DNA of 32,000 nucleotides, from contig NZ_AP013028.1 of the NCBI RefSeq assembly GCF_000829315.1, positions 1,050,001 to 1,082,000 of the forward strand, written 5' to 3'. The notes beneath the pieces were generated by a model. It was not told the origin of the DNA. It was given only the letters and a program-made list of their open reading frames with translations, and made no database searches. Source of the DNA: Wolbachia endosymbiont of Cimex lectularius (GTDB lineage Bacteria > Pseudomonadota > Alphaproteobacteria > Rickettsiales > Anaplasmataceae). The position numbers and the translations under genes were made by a program. Below, one piece after another: positions 28,805 through 32,000 of this stretch; positions within the stretch are counted from its first letter, which is position 1; every line of letters begins with the position of its first letter.

Positions 28805-29667
28805 AGAACCTGTTTAAAATCTTGGAAATGTGAGGTAAAGTAAGCATAGATTAATAATGAGGTGTCTATGCAGAAAAGTTATCCAAGTAATATAAGTCAA
28901 GAGCAGTTTGAAAAAATCAGGCCAATTTTGGAGAGTAGCAAGCAGAAAACAAAACCAAGAAAACTTGATTTGTATGACGTATTTTGTGGGGTGTTGTACG
29001 TCTTAAAAAGTGGTTGTCAGTGGAGGATGTTACCAAAGGGTTTTCCAAGATGGGAAAGCGTATATTACTATTTTCGAGTGTGGAGTAAAAAGAATGGAGA
29101 AGAGCCAAGCTTGTTGGAATTAGTCTTAAAAAAAATTAGTTGGAGAGGTCCGTATCAGCAATGGTCGGAAAGAGAAAACTAGCTTTTGTATAATTGATTC
29201 TCAAAGCGTTAAAAACGCAGATACTGCTGAAAAAAAAAGGCTATGATGCAGGTAAAAAGATTTCAGGGATAAAGCGCCATATTGCAGTTGATACACAAGG
29301 TTTGCCACATGCAATTTATGTAACAACGGCAGAAGCAACTGACCGTAGCAGTGCTGTGAAAATGGTCGAAAATGCTAAAGCAAACCTCTCTGAAGTTAAA
29401 AACATACTGGTTGATGCTGGCTACACAGGAGAAAATTTTGCAACACAAATAAAAGCTATCATTGGTGCGACTGTTGAAGTAATAAAGCGAAGTGAGTTAC
29501 ACACTTTCGTCGTATTGCCAAAAAGATGGGTTGTTGAACGCTCTTTTGCCTGGTTAGAAAAGTGCAGGCGATTGTGGAAAAATTGCGAGCGGAAGCTCAA
29601 CACTAGCTTACAGATGATAGTCCTCTCCTTCATTTCTCTCCTGTTACGAAGATTTTAAACAGGTTCT
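28805..29667 (+). mobile_element. IS5-family-like insertion sequence, copy 2
   Basis: Same ends as copy 1; 863 bp; flanked by TA...TA outside GAACC...GGTTC. One extra A in an internal poly-A tract. Confidence 0.93.
28862..29658 (+). CDS. IS5-like transposase, copy 2 (28862..29182 and 29194..29658 frames)
   Basis: Same sequence as copy 1 except A9 instead of A8 at 29230..29238, which adds a second frame change. Confidence 0.75.
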
Positions 29668-29797
29668 AAGATAAATTAATAAAGAGTACTTTTTGCCTAC
29701 AACTGAAGGTTTAGGCAAATTTATGGTTTGTTCTACTTGGATGACACATCACTGGTCCTAAAATCACAATGTTTGTGTAATTTCAGTAGCAGGTTGC

Positions 29798-29825
29798 TTG
29801 AGTCCGTACTATTATATAGTATAAT
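29798..29825 (+). promoter_or_regulatory. Putative promoter of the PPDK/PPS regulator gene
   Basis: TTGAGT-N16-TATAAT; TATAAT ends 12 nt before the ATG at 29838. Confidence 0.4.
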
Positions 29826-29837
29826 ACTATATAAAAT

Positions 29838-30656
29838 ATGACCTTTAAAAAGCTCAATCTACACTTAGTATCAGATTCAAGTGGTGAAACTGTTATATCA
29901 GTTGCAAAATCAGCTCTGAAACACTTTCGTTCTGTAGAAACAATTGAATATGTTTGGTCTTTTGTGAAAAAAGAAGAACAAATTGATAGAATTTTGGAGG
30001 AAATCAATAAGAAAAGTGATGAGCATCACTTTGTTATATGCACTATTACTGATGATGAACTAAGAAAATATTTAAAAGATAACTGTATAAAATTGGAAAT
30101 TCCCTATCGAGCAATATTATCACATATTATTAGAGAAATTTCTTCCTATCTTGAAATTGAAAAAGACGAAAAGCTTGACTTGCATACTGAGATAAATAAT
30201 GAGTATTTTCAGCGCATTGAGGCAATAAACTACACTATTAATCATGATGACGGACAAAATATTCAAGATATTGATAAGGCAGACATAATCTTGATTGGAG
30301 TTTCGCGTACATCAAAATCTCCCACCAGTATGTATTTAGCTTATCGGGGTTATAGGGTTGCAAATATTCCCTTTGTTAGTGAGGTACCCTTTTATGTTGA
30401 CTTAACAAAGTTAGAGAATAAGCTGACAATAGGGCTAACAATAGATGCAAGTAGGCTGGTGGAAATACGCAAAAATAGACTTACTTCAATTAACAACGAA
30501 AATAATAATGTATACGCTGACCCTAAGAAAGTAGAAAAGGAAATTAAAAAAGCAGAGGAACTTTTTAAACAAAACAATTGGCCAATTATAGATGTAACAC
30601 AAAAGTCGATCGAAGAAGTGTCAGCAACGATTATACAATATTTTAATAGAATGTGA
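29838..30656 (+). CDS. ppsR: Pyruvate phosphate dikinase / PEP synthase regulatory protein (DUF299 family)
   Basis: [51 protein letters not shown] (P-loop-like), KTRL-type C-terminus. Confidence 0.9.
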   Translation: MTFKKLNLHLVSDSSGETVISVAKSALKHFRSVETIEYVWSFVKKEEQIDRILEEINKKSDEHHFVICTITDDELRKYLKDNCIKLEIPYRAILSHIIREISSYLEIEKDEKLDLHTEINNEYFQRIEAINYTINHDDGQNIQDIDKADIILIGVSRTSKSPTSMYLAYRGYRVANIPFVSEVPFYVDLTKLENKLTIGLTIDASRLVEIRKNRLTSINNENNNVYADPKKVEKEIKKAEELFKQNNWPIIDVTQKSIEEVSATIIQYFNRM

Positions 30657-30668
30657 TAAATTTATCAA

Positions 30669-30697
30669 TTGACTAACTCTTTGTAAGTAGCCATAAT
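30669..30697 (+). promoter_or_regulatory. Putative rpmJ promoter
   Basis: TTGACT-N17-CATAAT upstream of ATG 30726. Confidence 0.45.
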
Positions 30698-30725
30698 ATG
30701 AGATAATTTGGTTTTCGCTATAGCT

Positions 30726-30854
30726 ATGAAAGTTAAAGGCTCACTAAAGTCCCATCGCAGCAGAGATAAAAACTGTAAAGTTGTGAGAAGGAGTGGTAAA
30801 ATTTACGTTATAAATAAAGTAAAACCAAGGTGTAAAGCCCGCCAGGGTTCTTGA
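30726..30854 (+). CDS. rpmJ: 50S ribosomal protein L36
   Basis: Manual translation [42 protein letters not shown]. 42 aa, below the ORF-track length cutoff. Confidence 0.93.
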   Translation: MKVKGSLKSHRSRDKNCKVVRRSGKIYVINKVKPRCKARQGS

Positions 30855-31004
30855 GTATCAGCCATAAGTTGGTTATGCAATAGATTTATCGGTTGCCTTG
30901 AAACAAAGGGGGGTTACAGTGGCCAGAATGCAGTGTCAGTTGTATATCCGGGCTTGGCTTGCGGTAAAAGGGTTCTAAGCTGTAACTAGGATGCTCAGTT
31001 TTTT
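30851..31004 (+). ncRNA. Candidate structured small RNA (possibly 6S-like)
   Basis: Terminal 9-bp pairing TTGAGTATC (30851-30859) with GATGCTCAG (30990-30998, two G-U pairs) followed by T6; internal pairing GTTACAG (30913-30919) with CTGTAAC (30980-30986); hairpin CATAA-GTTGG-TTATG. Confidence 0.35.
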
Positions 31005-31052
31005 ATTCACTTTTTCATGTTATACGTTTTTTAGTTTCTTATATGTAAAAAT

Positions 31053-31370
31053 ATGGTGTTTGTATTTAGAAATAAGAAGAAGTTACTGTGTTTAAGTATA
31101 GCTTTGCTCATTTCTTCTCTTACACTATATTTTAGTATCAGTACAATTACGGGTAAACGTGGCTTATCAGCATTAATGGATTTAAAAAAAGAGATAGAGT
31201 ACAATAAACTTTTGCTAAAGAATATATCTTTTGAAAGGGAAAAGTTGAGTAATAAAGTGTTTGGCTTATATGAAAAAAGCTTAGATTTGGATCTGCTTGA
31301 TGAACAAGCAAAAAATGCTCTGGGTTATGTGAGCCCTAAGGAGCTAATGGTTGTTCTCGATGTGGAATAG
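31053..31370 (+). CDS. FtsB/DivIC-like septum formation initiator family protein
   Basis: 105 aa; N-terminal TM, short coiled coil, C-terminal EQAKNALGYVSPKELMVVLD. Confidence 0.7.
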   Translation: MVFVFRNKKKLLCLSIALLISSLTLYFSISTITGKRGLSALMDLKKEIEYNKLLLKNISFEREKLSNKVFGLYEKSLDLDLLDEQAKNALGYVSPKELMVVLDVE

Positions 31371-31430
31371 CAACATCTTTAAATGAAAGAAAAAAACCGC
31401 TATAATCCAAGTGCAGGCATTATAAACGAG

Positions 31431-32000
31431 ATGAAAGTGAAAAATATCTTATTAGCGCTTTTAATACAGGCTATGTTTGGGTTGCCATCATTTGCGGCCG
31501 ATCCTATTTTGCTCAACTGTATTGAAACTCCAGAGATTTATGATCTTGATGCAAAACCAAAAAGCTTTAACTCTTCAAATAATTTAAGAAGAAAACCTGG
31601 TTCTCCAAGTAGCGCAACAGGAGAATTGATAAGCATAGTGGGTAGAGTTACTGATGTAAACTGTTTGCCAATACAAAATGCTGTAGTTTCTATATGGCAC
31701 GCGAATTCACGCGGCGTAAACCATTATGATGAAAATGTGGAGGATGATAAGCTTGATCCAAATTTTGCCGGATCAGGAAGGTTTATAGTGAATAACCTTG
31801 GCTATTATAATTTTATTACAATAGTACCTGGTAAGATTGGTGATAGGGCTCCACACATCAACTTTTTGGTTCAACATCCAGATTTCCCAGAGTTCACAAC
31901 ACAAATGTTCTTTGCCGATCATAATTGCAACAACTGTGCTGATTCTGTTCTTGGGGATCTTATTGATAATGGACTTGCAAGCCTTCTGATAGCACCATTT
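31431..32000 (+). CDS. Exported intradiol ring-cleavage dioxygenase-like protein (partial, runs off right edge)
   Basis: Manual translation MKVKNILLALLIQAMFGLPSFAADPILLNC...GELISIVGRVTDVNCLPIQNAVVSIWHANSRG...FAGSGRFIVNNLGYYNFITIVPGKIGDRAPHINFLVQHP. In-frame upstream ATG also at 31383. Confidence 0.75.
   Translation, partial: MKVKNILLALLIQAMFGLPSFAADPILLNCIETPEIYDLDAKPKSFNSSNNLRRKPGSPSSATGELISIVGRVTDVNCLPIQNAVVSIWHANSRGVNHYDENVEDDKLDPNFAGSGRFIVNNLGYYNFITIVPGKIGDRAPHINFLVQHPDFPEFTTQMFFADHNCNNCADSVLGDLIDNGLASLLIAPF

Noticed and set aside
24781-29667. Composite transposon carrying TPR and sucB
   Set aside because: sucB is a core gene likely in place, copy 2 has its own TA flanks, and copy 1 shows no shared outer duplication with copy 2.
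1-32000. Prophage, cytoplasmic incompatibility factors, ankyrin cluster, tRNA or rRNA genes
   Set aside because: No phage structural genes, deubiquitinase/nuclease CI pair, ankyrin repeats, or recognisable tRNA/rRNA sequence were seen by eye; a tRNAscan or HMM search would be needed to be certain.

Overview
This 32 kb window is AT-rich, alphaproteobacterial and almost certainly Rickettsiales/Wolbachia-like. That assignment is inferred from gene content and repeat style; no database was searched. Most of it is housekeeping sequence: partial hemY-like, mitofilin/HemX-like protein, lolC/E-type permease, gatB, rho, DUF1013/TrcR-like, tsaD, type I secretion ABC ATPase, phosphomannomutase/phosphoglucomutase, ispDF, gamma-carbonic-anhydrase-like protein, Rpn/PD-(D/E)XK nuclease, valS, pyrF, sucB, PPDK/PPS regulator, rpmJ (missed by the ORF track), FtsB/DivIC-like and a truncated intradiol-dioxygenase-like protein. 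I did not find a clear new defence or conflict system. The accessory signals worth following are: (1) an interspersed repeat family (4 copies or partial copies) whose members keep a near-perfect TTGACA-N17-TATAAT promoter pointing toward the flanking downstream gene, although the spacer diverges; (2) a 13-14 unit, 42-aa TPR gene that starts directly at an IS end and is cut at its 3' end by a 1-nt frameshift; (3) two near-identical IS5-like copies differing in one poly-A tract, one with no matching target duplication; (4) a palindromic repeat inserted in frame within valS; (5) an orphan HExxH protein beside a repeat copy; (6) three coiled-coil proteins of unknown function; (7) a possible 6S-like structured RNA after rpmJ; (8) an exported dioxygenase-fold protein that appears to have lost iron ligands.
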